This document shows, one piece after another, positions 39,241 through 53,300 of a DNA stretch of 64,000 nt. The translations under genes and the position numbers were made by a program. Numbering within the stretch: the stretch's first letter is position 1; every line of letters starts with the position of its first letter. The stretch lies in contig OX597814.1 of NCBI GenBank assembly GCA_951406725.2, forward strand, positions 138,012,001 to 138,076,000, in the 5' to 3' direction. The stretch comes from Octopus vulgaris. Its lineage: Eukaryota. The notes below the pieces were generated by a model that worked only from the letters and a program-made list of their open reading frames with translations, did no database searches and had not been told where the DNA came from.

Positions 39241-40270
39241 CAGTAATCCCTCAATTATCACGGGTGTTACGTTCCAAAACTCCCTGCGATTGGTGAAAAT
39301 CTGCGAAGTTGAAACAGTACTAGACTATATTTTTTAAAATTATTTTTATAATTTGTATATATTTATTTTATTATTTTTATATATTTAAGCTTTTATAAAC
39401 TCTCCCCACACTCTTAAGAGTACCCGTGTCTTCTTTTTTTCCATGGATAAGGAACATAGTGATGGGCAGTTGCTGGCACTGTCTTTTCTTCTGTGTAAGG
39501 AGGTTTTTATGAATTTCCATGGCTCTGTCAACTGCATTTCTAAACTGCAATGCACAGATCATCTGGGAGTCCCAATCTTCCTCCATTCTCTAAAGTTCTT
39601 TTGGCAGCCTACGTCTGAGGAGATTCAAGCAATGTGAAATAAAGTGTTTTGCTCAAGGAAACCACGTAGTTTCAGGTTCAGTCCCTTGGGCAGCACCTTG
39701 GGCAACTGTCAGCCCAAGGCTAATGCCTTGTGAGTAAATTGTGACTTTGGTAGACAGAAACTATGTGAAAACCAGTTGTGTGTGTGTGTGTGCACGCGCA
39801 CGTGTGTGTATGTGGTGAAGGTGCATGTCGAGGAATTTCACCTTCTCTGCTATAGTAAGCATCTTCCTCTGGTGCTTGGATTCACTGCCAGAAGACTTAG
39901 AAGGTGCAGAATGTTGGGGTAACATTGTAGGGCTTGAAATAAATTCACAATTTTATACACCAATGCAAAACAACACCACACACTCGCTTCCCGAGTTTCG
40001 TTTCCCATACCGTATGCGTGACTCTTTGTTTACTCATCTATGGTACTTTGATATATTTTAATTAATGTGTTATACAGTGCAGTACTGTATTGTATTTTTA
40101 TTAATTCATTTATTAATTTTTAAGCGTGAAAATTCTTATTTTATCATAGAAATAATTAAAATCTAAAAAAAATATAAATACCTATTGGTGCAGAAACCTG
40201 TGATATACTGAGGAATCTGTGATGTACTGAGGGCACGATAGGTGAACTGTGATGTGGCAAGTGATTACTG
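39241..40270 (-). mobile_element. Internally deleted Tigger/pogo transposon
   Basis: TA|cagtaatccctc...gtgattactg|TA ends. N-terminus MLPQHSAPSKSSGSESKHQRKMLTIAEKVKFLDM (about 39925-39825) and C-terminus WDSQM...KKRQCQQLPITMF (39586-39450). Confidence 0.9.
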
Positions 40271-40677
40271 TAACATCATTAGCCAAATTATGAATGAACT
40301 GACTGTTAAGGTTATTAATGTAAAACGATATTTGAGATAGAAAGGAACAGAAGGCCCAGTATTTGGTCACAAAGCATGCCCCAAAACATAACATATACTG
40401 TTTTATTTCCCTCGTATGCATGCGTGTGCACACACACACAATTCTTTTCATATTTGTTTTTCCTTGCTAGCATTAGTTAAACAAATATATTATTGGGGGA
40501 CTGTGTTACAGCTGGATGTCCTACCTGTTACTAACTAATGCATATTTTTCGAGTATGGGGTTTCTTATTCTACATGTCTTCAATGGTGCAAAAACCACTG
40601 GATGATTTGTTAATGGGACAAAGTCATTTCTTGTAGCTCACTGATATTTGGAGAAGTGCAAGCCATTACACATATAT

Positions 40678-40714
<37 letters not shown>

Positions 40715-40739
40715 CACACACACACCTGCATGCACACAC

Positions 40740-41065
40740 ATTATATGTCTTGCAAACAACTTGCACATGCAAGTGCTACCAGTCAAAAGCTCCGTATACT
40801 GGAAGCCAGCAAGTGTATGGGGTCATCAGGAGAGAATGCGTGCCGTTTCGGGGCCTACCTCTCGACGGCATCAATGCGCACCGGCACCCCTCACTGATAT
40901 GAGGCCCCGCTTGCTAGATCAGCTGGTTATGAAGTTAAACTCAATATCCTTCTAGCCATCGCTCATCATCTCTTTTTAACCACATCCAGTGGCTAGCCTT
41001 CTCCACTGTAGATTGGACATCAGTCATGGTGGTATTGACTTTACGATAAGTTAGGCCTAGCTTAA
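40740..41065 (-). mobile_element. 3' end of a HERO-like RLE non-LTR retrotransposon
   Basis: KLGLTYRKVNTTMTDVQSTVEKASHWMWLKRDDERWLEGY* (stop at 40941-43) matches the EKAS.W.WLKR C-terminus of HERO-type ORFs; GC- and CpG-rich 3' UTR. Confidence 0.75.
40806..40917 (-). ncRNA. Permuted (pseudoknotted-order) hammerhead-like RNA, copy 2
   Basis: Minus strand: ctagcaag-c-ggggcct ... tgccgt-C-gagag-gt-aggcccc-GAAA-cggca-cgcatt-ctctc-CTGATGA-ccccataca-cttgctgg. Confidence 0.65.
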
Positions 41066-41150
41066 TCTTCACAATAAATTTGAGTTTAATCTTGGTATAA
41101 ATTCACCCTCATTACGAAATGTTTAATTGTTATCCTTAAACTTGCTTTAA

Positions 41151-41372
41151 CCCTTTAACATTCAAATTTCTTTGCCAAATGTTAATGCTTATTTATTCTC
41201 ATTGTTTTGAATTAATCACGCATTATTTTGTAGCTTCAAGATTTCAGTGGTGTGTTTGTTTCTTTTTAGAACGACATTGTAGGGTGAGTGTGAGAGGCTG
41301 GATCTGGTCAGTTTTAACATAAAACATGTTGACTATTTGGGCCAGATATGGCCATATTAAATGCTAAAGGGT
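41151..41372. mobile_element. piggyBac-type MITE (TTAA|CCCTT...AAGGG|TTAA)
   Basis: ttaaccctttaacatt / aatgctaaagggttaa. Related copies at 49513-49910 and 51337-51573; a second family at 50678-50905, 551-753, 25200-25600 and 30198-30628. Confidence 0.7.
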
Positions 41373-44300
41373 TAAGATAATAACCTTATTTCAACATATA
41401 TCATCCTCATTATTTCACATCTGTTTCCTATGCTGGCAATGGTTGGGTGGACCATGTCTTACTCAGAGGACTCCAGTGTCCTTTCTTTTTTTGTTTATTA
41501 TTTGTTGGAGTGGTGCATGTAATTGCTTTAAGATTTCAATAAACTGATTCTAATTTTGTATCTTGGAAGGCATAGTTTCTATAATTGGATTATGTCAACC
41601 AATTTACAGAGTATACTGGGTACTTTTTTGTGGCACCAGCACTTGTGAGGTTACCATGTAACTTGCAAGACTAAAAAACATTCCCCTCAAATAAGAGAAA
41701 TGGCTGTACATTTGATAAGTCAACTAAGTATGATAGACAATTACAGGAACAGGTTTGTTGTAGAGGAGATATATGGCAACTTTGCATTATATAATAGATG
41801 AGAGTAATTGGGGGTGAAGTTGGAAAGAGAACTGACTAGCTTCTTTTTTCACTCACATATAGATGTGCATAAATATTAATAAAATACAATTAGTCAAGAG
41901 TATCATTCTTTTCTTAATATACAGGCATAAACAGTCGTCAAATTTTCTGGAGGAAATGAAATGAAATATGGCTTAACTTTTTATAATTGTAATTCTTTTG
42001 TCTTGTACTTGAGAGTCTGTTTCTATGTCACAGAGATATAGAGGCTGACTTCCACACATTAAACTTACAGCTTTTAGGACATAAAAATTTAAGCACCGTT
42101 CCATTTAATTTCCTTGGGAGAATTTGAAGTCATTTTATATTTGTATATAATCAAGGAATGATAACTTCTTTACTTCTCACTAATCTTATTATTACTAAGC
42201 TGGCAGAATCGTTAGCACTCCAGACAAAATGCTCAGTAGTGTTTCATCTGTCTTTATGTTCTGAGTTCAAATTCTGCTGAGGTTGACTTTGCTTTTTATC
42301 CTTTCAGACTCAATAAAATGAGTACCAGTTGAGTACTGGGGTTGATGTAATTGACTTACACCCTTCCTCAAAATTGTGTGTTTCAGTCTGCTATCACTAC
42401 TGCTTGACAGCAGGTGTTGGTTTGTTTATATCTCCATAACATAGTGACTCAGTTGAAGGGACTGGTAGAATATGTACCAGTGTGAAAAAATTAAGTACTG
42501 GGATGATTTGCATGACTAAACCCATCAAGTTGGTGCCCCTACACAGCTGTTGCTCAGTGACTGAAACAGATAAAAGATATATACATCCATGCTGGTGGCA
42601 TGTAAAAAGCGCTATCTGAACGTGGCTGATGCCAGTGCCCCTTGACTGGCTCCTGTGCTGGTGGCATGTAAAAAGCATCATCCAAACATGGTTGATGCCA
42701 GGCCTGCCTGACTGGCTCCTGTGCTGGTGGCATGTAAAAAGTACCCACTACACTCTCGGAGTGGTTGGCATTAGGAACGTCATCCAGCTGTAGAAACATT
42801 GCCAGATCAGATTGGAGCCTGGTGCAGCTGCTGGCTTTCCAGACCTCAGTCAAATCGTCCAACCCATGCCAGCATGGAAAATGGGCATTAAATGATGATG
42901 ATGATGTATGTATGTATGTATCTCTGTGGAGGTGCATGGCTCAGTGGTTAGGGTATTGCACTCACGATTGCGAGATTGTGGGTTCAATTTCCAGAATGAG
43001 ATTTGCGTCGTGTTCATGAGCAAAGCACTTCATTTTACGTTACTCTGCAATTGTTTCATCATCTGACATGTGGCACCCATTGCACCTGTACAGGTAATGT
43101 CAATTTGATGGAGCTAGTGAGCTTATGTCTACACAAGCATTTGATTACTTTAAACAAATCATCTGTGTGGTTGTTTGGTAAGAAACTGTTGAACCTTCAT
43201 ATGTCGTCTAACAATGGGAGAGTCCATCATATTATGTATCTGTATATGTTTGTAGGTATGTATATAAGTTTTGGGAAGTATGGAGTAAGAAAGTGCGGGC
43301 AAATATCAAGATTCCTTTGTGATTTTTAAGTTTGTTCCTTTCCACCTGTCAAATCTATTTTGAATTATGTGTGCGTGAAACATTAATTCCTATACAAACC
43401 GTACCATACAAAGAAAATAAAACGACACAAACAAATGCCAAACTAGTGTGTTTGTGTGTGTGTGTATGTCTGTGTGAATGCATGCATGCATGTGAGTGCG
43501 GTTGAACGTGTGAGTGAATGTGTGTATTTCAGCCTGGCACGACGACAGCTGCTGTGATGTCAGTGGGATTTGTGTAATAACTTGTAAGTTAATTGCGAAC
43601 AATTTTTTCTATAGTTGCTCCATTGCCTGAGGCTCTCACATCATCTATTGAAAAATATACAACAACCAACAATGACAGAAAAAAGACTTATTCAGTGTCT
43701 TAGTTGTTTCGTAACAACAGTGGTGAGGGTGGAAAAAAGTTGTTGTTGTTAGTGTTGTTTGTGTTGGCAGTAATAAAGACACTTTTGATTAATCCTTTCT
43801 TTTGTTTGATTTTATTAATATATTTCCTGTTTATTATTTGTTGGAGTGGTGCATGTAATTGCTTTAAGCTTTCAATAAACTGATTCTTATTTTGTATCTT
43901 GGGAGGGTCATTATGCCACTAAACATAGACATTGTTTTTTTTTCACTTCTTTTAGTATTATTAGTCAATTTGTTAACATTTAATCAATTAAGTAATTGAC
44001 TAATTCATCAATCAGCTAGGTTTTTCAGAGACTGTCATCACCATTTGCAGTCTTATCAACGACATGCCCTCTCTATGCCAGGCCTGCAAAACTGTCCTTT
44101 GCTTGCTGTTCACATTTACTACATTAGTTGAATAGCAGATACGGTTGAACACAGGACTTTATTCTCTACATATTATTTGATCTTGTTTCTCTTGTAAAGG
44201 ATGAAATCCAATTGAGATTGACTTTGTCTGCCTACCATTCCCCAAGATTTGATAGAACAAGTGTCAGGCATGTACTACATCTTACCCCAACAAATTTTTG

Positions 44301-46478
44301 TCATTCTGTCACTTTTAAAAATTGATGATGGGAGAAGAATGTGACCGACTTAGAAGAGAGAGAAAAAATATATGATTAATTGTTATGATGTTATTTCTTT
44401 GAAGACTATGGTGGCCATTTGTAGTTAGGAGTTATGGTTTTGACCAGTAATTCTAAACCATTTTTGGTCTATGAACCACTTTGATTCCCATTTTACTTTA
44501 ATGGCCCCCACATAGATGTTTAAAAACAAAAATTATTATATTTTTTTAATCCAGGAGTGGTTGTGTGGTAAGTAGATTGCTTACCAACCACATGGTTCTG
44601 GGTTCAGTCCCACTGCGTGGCACCTTGGGCGAGTGTCTTCTACTATAGCCTTGGGCTGACCAAAGCCTTGTAAATGGATTTGGTAGATGGAAATGAAAGA
44701 AGCCCGTCATATATATGTATATGTATATATATATGTGTGTGTGTTTGTGTGTCTGTGTTTGTCCCTCCAACATCGCTTGACAATGATGGTGTGTTTACGT
44801 CCCCATAACTTAGGAATTCTGCAAAAGAGATCGATAGAATAAGTACTACGCTTACAAAGAATAAGTCCTGGGGTCGATTTGCTCGACTAAAGGCGGTGCT
44901 CCAGCATGGTCACAGTTACATGACTGAAACAAGTAAAAGAGTAAAGATATTAGAAATTGTATGAAAAATTGTTAAAATATTGTGTCTATTGTTGAAGTAT
45001 AACCAACTTATTGTGCATAAACTTTAGCAATAAGATCTTAATTGGACCCCAAGTATTATGTGGACCCCATTTGAGAACCACTGGCCTTGACAAATTACAA
45101 AGAAAAATAATCCCCACCCATATTTGTTTCCAGCTGAAGTCAATGTTGTTATCGAGTGAAAACTGCAATGCCTTATCCCTGAAATATTTCTTTGCTTGTG
45201 AAAGAAATTAGTTTTTGAGTTGTTTTGATTAGACACAAAAGCTATAAATGATGTCGTTGTTGTTGCTTAGCCCCAAGTCAGTCCTGACCAAGAATTCTTA
45301 AGATCAGAGGTTTTCTATCCATGACCTTCTTTGTTTTTTGTGCATCAAATAAACAACTTGTGTGCACCCATTTTATGCTGTCATTCAATAATTTACTTTT
45401 CGTTAGAAAAACAAAATGTCATTTACTTTAGTGCATTGAGCTAACATTACTGAAAGAATTCAACCCTAAACTTGACTGCCTCTATTGTCTCTTTTTGTTT
45501 TTTTTTTTGATTCCAGTAATGTGTCATGTATAATGAATTTTTGTCATCAGACTTGCTTTTGCGTTGTGTTTAAAGACCAAGATCAGGAGCCTTCAAGACA
45601 AGCTTTTGTTAATTTATTCCTAGTTGAAAATAACTCAATACATATAACTTGTGTCTTTTTAAGTCAAGTCTCTTGACTCTGTCAAATGTAATGCTTCACC
45701 ATTATTATTTAACTTCTGTTTTCCATGCTGGCATGAGTTAGATGGTTGAACAGAGCTGGTAAGCTTGAGAGTTGCACCCAGCTTCAGTCATCTGTTTTTG
45801 CTTGGTTTCTACAACTGGATGGCCTTCCTAACACCAAACATTTTACAGAGTGTACTGGGTGTTCTTTATGTGTCACTGGCATAGATGCCTTTTATGTGTC
45901 GCTAGCACAAACACCTTTTATGTATCAGCACACTACCCACAACTGTAATTACACTTAGCTTGACATGTCTTTTCAAGCACAGCAAATCACGACATTTCTG
46001 TCACTTGTCATTGCCTATATAAGACTCAACAGCTGAAGATCACATTCCACCATCTCGTCTCATGTTTTCCTGGGTCTTATTTCTTCATATTGTTTTGAAT
46101 CAATCATGCATTATCTCATAGCATTCAGATTTCAGTGATGTGATTGTTTATTCTTAGAATGTCATTGTAGTTAGGTGTGAGATGTTGGATCTGACTAGTT
46201 TAAGTGTTAAACAGTTAAACAAAATTGTCAAATTAATAATTTTTCTTTTTATTTATAATAATGGTTTAAAATTTTGGCACAAGGCCAGTAATTTCAGAGG
46301 AAGGAGTGGGTAAGATGATTACATCGACCCCAATGCCCAACTAGTACTTATTTTACTGACCCCAAAAGGATGAAAGGTAAAGCTGGTCTTGGAAGAATTT
46401 GAACTCACAATGTAAAGACAGACAAAATGCCGCTGAGCATTTTGCCTAGCATGCTAATGATTCTGCCAGCTCACTGCC

Positions 46479-46524
<46 letters not shown>

Positions 46525-46526
<2 letters not shown>

Positions 46527-46760
46527 TCTTTTATTGGCCACAAGGGCTAATATAAATATATTTTAAAGGGCAAGACACAACATAAAAGACAGAACAAGAT
46601 GAGACAAAGGGTTTTCACATTTGTGTGAACATTAGATAACTAAAAAAGAGGTAACAAGTAAAACTCCCAGTAAGGAGTGGCACTTTAAAGCTTACTTGTG
46701 GAAAACCCCACAAAATCCATGGGTACCTGATCAAGAGGGCAAGAGCCCTTCTCTGTTTAT
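46525..46760 (-). mobile_element. Probable L1/Tx1-like 3' UTR fragment
   Basis: Ends in tagcccttgtggccaataaaagaa, similar to the tails of 36310-36390 and the family A SINE. Confidence 0.45.
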
Positions 46761-47443
46761 TCTTTTTACAGAATGCTGCTAAGCATTTCACCCAGGGTGT
46801 CTGCCAGCTTGCCAATTATAATTTTATATGAATAATGATTTCTTTATTAATATTACTGATATATAACTTTTCTAGACAATATTTAACTCAGTAATCTGGA
46901 AGGTGACAAACTCAGGCCCTTTCTTTGTCTATATATCTCATCTTTTGCAAACTTTATTTGGTTATTTTTACTGATGCCTGTATGGCTGCCTTCTTGTGTG
47001 TCACAAAGTATTTGCAGTGGGTTTGTTTCAGAAGAGGACTAGTGAGCCTGTTCTATAAATATCTACATTAAGCTATTGTGAATATTTGCTTTGACATACA
47101 CACACGCACATGCACGCGTGCGCACACACACACACAGCCCTTTACAAGCTATGATTTATTTGATGTTTACACAGAACATTTCTCATATTTAGATTTTCAA
47201 CTCATAATGATATTACATCTCATTTTTTTGTTGTCAATGATTTTTATCTTTTTTATATACATTCTTTTTTACTTGTTTGTTAATACACATTCCATAATTT
47301 CTTTGCTTTTTATTTTGAAACCCCCTTTCCCTTCTCCACCTCATCTCACCCCTACTTCCACTTCTCAGTTATCTGCCACCCAGAAATATAATGGTCTATC
47401 TACATACATCAATTTCATACAATGTGTGTGAGTGTGTGTGTGC

Positions 47444-47499
<56 letters not shown>

Positions 47500-48930
47500 C
47501 TGTGTGTATATACAGATATTATATTTTACTTCTGTTTCACTAATATTTGATACAAAGCTTCTATCACTATAATTGGTATTATACTCACTTTGAAACGTAT
47601 ACAAACCTAAGACGTTTCACCTCAGCTATCTTTGATAGGTTTCAGCTACTGAATTTATGTGCCACTGACAAAACTCTTGTTATCTCAACAAGTACCGTTT
47701 TAGGGAAGAAGAGTGCATACAATATGAAATCTTGTATGTAATGTTTCAAAATGTTTCATCTTTTCTACTACAACATGTTTTGAACAAAATCATCATCATT
47801 TAATGTCCATTTTCCACGCTGGCATGGATTGGACGTTTTGACAGGAGCTGGACAGCTGGGAACTGCACCAGGCTCCAATTGTCTGTTTTGGCATGGTTTC
47901 TATGGCTCGATACTCTTCCTGATGCCAACAACTTCACAGAGTGTACTGGGTCTTTCTATGTGGCACTGAGATGGGTGCTTGAGATCGGTGCTTTTATGTG
48001 GCACCAGCCTGGTGCTTTTATATTGTACTGGTACAGATGCTCTCCATGAGGCACTGACACAGGTGCTTTTTATGTTACAGCATTAAGCTCTTAGAAGTGG
48101 ACATAAAATGATAATAATGATGATGGTGATGGTGGTGATGATGATGATGATGATGATGATGATATCAAAGGTGTAGAATTAGTTGCAATTTCTGAGTATA
48201 AAAACAGGGCTGATTTTCACCGAGCTATAGCCTTAAATATTACACTAGGATGAAGTGCGGAGATGCAAGCAGCTATCATATGGTGAATTCTATAAATTGA
48301 TCTTTGCTGATTCTGGTGTGTCCACCATTAGAGTCTACATACGTACAGACAAATCAGCTAGGAAACCTTGATGTTGTTACATGACCTGCTAGAAATAGCA
48401 GCTGAATCTTCTGTAATCAGAACTTCATTGTCTTGAAAAAAGAGGATGGATACATTGGATAAAGTTGCTCTAGATGTTTCTTAGATATATAGTGTGTGGA
48501 ATAACAGTAGGGAGACCATATAACTGCTTGATCGGGGATGACCTATGGCTAAAGTAAAAACTACAGCAGGTGTGTGTAAACAAATGCAGGTATATCAAAT
48601 ACTATACAATATAAATTGACTCATTAAAATTATCTTTGCCTCTTGAAGATGTGTCATAACTACTAAATGGCAATTAAACCAGGTCCATATCAGAAAGAGA
48701 GATAATCTTAAGAATCAAGAATTCTCTAAAGTTGACATGCCATTAAGGCCTATTGCCCAGAAAGAAGAAAACAGTTATGAATGCTGTGCTCTGTACAATT
48801 AACCAGCCACTCTTATGTTGCATATGTAGTTCTTAGCTGGGCAGAGTCATGATGTATAAATTTTTGAGTCACATCTGGTTGTTCTGCCAAGTACCTCTGT
48901 TATAGTTTACTTTATCAGAGTTGTGTGTGT

Positions 48931-48982
<52 letters not shown>

Positions 48983-50681
48983 TGAGCTGTGTTTGTCATG
49001 CACCATATCTGCAGGTTTTGATTCTCAGTTGAAGTAAACTAGTTTCTGTTTCATGATTGACGTTATTGAGAACGGCGTAAAACCCATTTTATCATTTATT
49101 CATGAATTGGTAGTCTTGTTTTGAAGTTTAGAAATTTATTCATTTATTCATGAAATCTGGAAATCATATATATATATATGCTTAAATGCACACTGATTAG
49201 TATATCGGAAATAACATGAAATTTTTTCACGTAAAATCCCAACTAAATTGTGCTTGTGCCACCTGACCTTTATAAACTCTCTCAATGGCATATATCATAA
49301 CACTTGACACTATGTCTGTCTCACTAGTCTTTGTGGTCTGTCTGTCCTGACCACAGACTGTTCTATCTGTCTGATTGCAGAACTATGCCAAACAAATCCT
49401 TCAAATTAAAAATTTACAATTATAATTAATGCAAATGTGAAAATATGTATATCAAAGATAATGATATCCAGTGTGTGATTTGAAACAGATTTGGCTTCTA
49501 TATCTAATAGATTTAACCATTTAGCATTCAGATTACTCTTTTAATTTATTTTGAATTAACCTTTTAGCATTTGAATTGGCCTTATCTGGTCCGAATATTC
49601 TACCTGTTTTAAATCAAACCAGCCAGATCTGACCTCTCACACCTACCCTACAATGTCATTCTAAAAGTAAACAATCACATGATTTGAAATCTTGAAGCTC
49701 CAAGGTAATACATGATTAATCCAAAACAATGTGAATAAATAAGCATAACATTTGATAAAGTAATCTGAACATTAGCTTGTAGCTGTGTGATTTTGATGAT
49801 TTTTAGAATGCCATTGTTGGGTAGGTGTGATAGGCCAGATCTGGCAGTTTTGAACATAAAACACTTAAAATACTTGGCCTAATATGGCTAATTTAAACGC
49901 TAAAAAAGTTTAGAGTGTAGTGTGTGATTTGAGTGAGATTGACATTGGTTTTTGAATATAAGAATAAGTTGTTTTCAGGGTGGTAGGATAATTTTGATAG
50001 GTTATTTCTAGCATGAGCAGACTTACAGCAAAAACCATCCATCTTTTCATATATCAGGCACAATACACCCCAATGTATCTTTTCTATTCTAAAGGCAGTA
50101 AGGTGTAATTTGTGAGAAGTGAGGTTGCTATATAAGAGTTCAACCTACTCCATAGAGGCTCCCTTAGTTCTTTAACCTCAAATTTGCTCTGATTAGTCAG
50201 ACCTATGATGAAAGGCATTCAAGCTGTAACCATGTTGTCTTTTTGTATATCAGAGATTGCAATGATCAAAATATTCTTCACATGTGATTTGAGGAAGATT
50301 TGGCTGTAGCATTTCAGCTACATACTTTGCATAGTTTTTAGATATCTGGTGTTACATTGTTCAATGTAACCTGCTTTTAAGATTGGTAGGGTACACTCAT
50401 ATGCACAATAATTAATAAGTAAATGAATATATATATATATATATATATATATGTAATGGATCTGTTTCAAAACATTGATGTCCAGGTCACAGAAGCAATG
50501 TTTGAAGAGAATAGTATTAGAAGTAAATTGGAAATAACTCTTTACTGGTCATCCCTTATTATACGCATGTATTACAATTTTTCCAAATTTTTCAGATTTT
50601 TCTATATGCTAGGCTACTGGTTTTAAATTGATGTTAATTAAATTAATATTCAATTTATCACTTTCATTATTTAAATTTTAA

Positions 50682-50901
50682 CCCTTTTGTTACTGTATTT
50701 ATTTTGAGATGCTCTGTATTTCTTTCAAGTACTTTAAATATAACAAAGAATTTAGTAAAATAACTTAGTTACCATTAAGGTAGTGTTCAGAACATAAACT
50801 GTGACTAAGTTTTGGTGTAAGATTTTAATTCAAAATTTATGAAAACAAGACATTTGTACTCAGAGCCAGAGCCGGTTTCAGCCAGGTTGGTAACAAAAGG
50901 G
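50682..50901. mobile_element. TTAA-flanked MITE
   Basis: ttaacccttttgttac / gtaacaaaagggttaa termini. Confidence 0.75.
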
Positions 50902-52940
50902 TTAAATAATTGTTCTCTAACTGGCAACATTAACTGAAGTGAATTATCTTCTGCAGAACTGCAGAAAACATCAAGCACATTGATGTTTTCTTTCCAAAGA
51001 AGTCCTTCCTAAGTTGCTGCTTTGAAATTTGTATAGAAGTATTTATTGATTCTGTAATTTGTGTAGGGAAGTTTGGTCTGAACAGTAAAACTCTACTCCT
51101 GTTGCTACATTATTCAAGTTGAGTGTTTAATGCAAATTTGTCACTTTACCAAACTCACACATGCACACATACATTTATACAGTATGGCACATACAGGAGT
51201 CTAACACTACATACTTACAAGCATACATGTATTCACTCATTCACCTGTTTTGGAGAGCTTATAGTCAATGGCAAATACAGAAACAGATTTATGAGATACA
51301 ACATTGAGTGGGAAAAGTGAAAGATATTTTATCTGTTCAGCATTTAAACTGCCCATGTCTGGTCCAAATATTCTGCATGCTTTATGTTTGAACCAGTCAG
51401 GTCTGACCTCATACATACCCTGCAATGTCATTCTAAAATTATCTCCTCATTGAAATATCGAAGCTTTGAGGCAATACATAGTTAATTCAAAACAAACGGA
51501 TGTTAAATGATGATGATGATGTGAATATATAAGCATTACATTTGATGGGGTAACCTGAATGCTGAAGGGTTAAAAGCAGTTATATGTTTACTACAGATCT
51601 TGTAAGTCTGTGAATGCATGTATAAAGTGTGTATGTATATATATATATTTATTTCTTATCGTATTTTTTACTGAAGAGGGAAAAATCCATAGGATTAATC
51701 CTGAAATTGATTCAATATAGATTTCTATATATTTTTTTTAAAAATTCTGTTAGCTCGCTTTCTTTGATTTCAGCACGACATGTATCTATAGTGAATGTAT
51801 ACTATAAATGTGGAAATTGACGATTTAAAGTCTGTTCTTAGCATATTGGTATTGAAATAATTTTTCTATTGCCCTTGTTTGTAAGTTGTTTATATATATA
51901 TAAATATTTATAAAGCCCAAATATTTATAAAGGCGGTGCTCCAGCATGGCCACAGTCAAATAACTGAAACAAGTAAAAGAGTATATATATATATATATAT
52001 ATATAAAACACACATATATCATTACACCCATATCTACATTTCCATGCTTGCATGGGTCACATATTCACACACATACATGCACATACACACACAAACACAC
52101 AAATACATATGGCTGTGTGGTTAAGAAGTTTCTTATCTGACCTATTTCTCAATCAAAGTGCCATACATGTCCCAGCCAAAGTGCCATGACAATATTGAGA
52201 AAGAAGACATGAAAGTTGGAAGCAGATCCTAATTTTGGGGGGAAAGTTCTAGTTGTGCTTAATAACAGGACAAACTGGAAAGAGGAGATAGATTTATGAC
52301 AAATGAAAACTGGAAGATTCTATGAGATAACCCACATACATGGTGGTGGAAAATTGCTGTAGATAGATCCATAAAAACTAAGAGACAAACTTGGGAAGAC
52401 TGAAAGAGGAAACAGAGAACGATACTAGATAGCTAGAAGCTAGATATCTGATGGAATACCAAGGGGAAGAATCAGAAAGTAAGAGGTTCATACACAACTG
52501 TGTGTGAATATACATGTGTGTGTATGTTTTTGTAAACACACACACACACACACAATTCATGCCATGTTTTTGTTTTCATTGTTACTTGATATTTCTCCTT
52601 TCATTTTCTTTTACCTTTTGTTACTCATGTTTTTCTTTTCATTATCTATATCTTACCTTGTTCACTCTTTTTTTCCTTCTAGCATCAGCCATTAGAAATG
52701 ATTTATAAATGGTGGTGCTGGTGGTGGGGGATAGGAATATGATACCAGTTGTAGATAAAAATGTATTATACCAACTTCTGATAGAATGCATTTCCTTTTT
52801 TATTGAAATATTAACTGTGAAATGAACCAACATTTTAAGTAATAGGTGTGTTATTACATCACCCAAATGCTACCATGTGAAGACACATGGAAAGAGACAT
52901 TCATACACGTACACACACACACACACGGGTGTGTGTATGC

Positions 52941-53300
52941 ATTCAGTTCAGTTTAGTTCCTTCTATGCTTGTCAGCACATTGTGCAGCAAGTTGACGCCA
53001 CTGGTTTCAGTTGGTTGTAGTTGTGTCTGCTTCTGACCATACTATATAAGCCCCTCTTATGTCAGTCATGAATATTTTGTGCCATGTAGTTTTTTGATCT
53101 TCCTCTCTTTTTAACTCTCTTGTGGTGTCCATTTGAAAGCGGTTTTAGAATGGTGTTGTTGTTGTTGCCAAAGTATGTGACCTGCTAGTTTTAATCTTTG
53201 TTCTTTAGTGATTTTGCTATGTGGTCTAGTGTTTGTTCTCTTGTCTTCGTTATTCATATGATCTTTGCTAGCATGTTCTCAGAAACTTTCTCAGGCCTCT
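52941..53300 (-). mobile_element. Degenerate RTE-type LINE 3' fragment
   Basis: WTPQES.KRGRSKNYMA-like and ADTTTTNRNQWRQL-like remnants with a (CTGAA)n tail. Confidence 0.6.
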
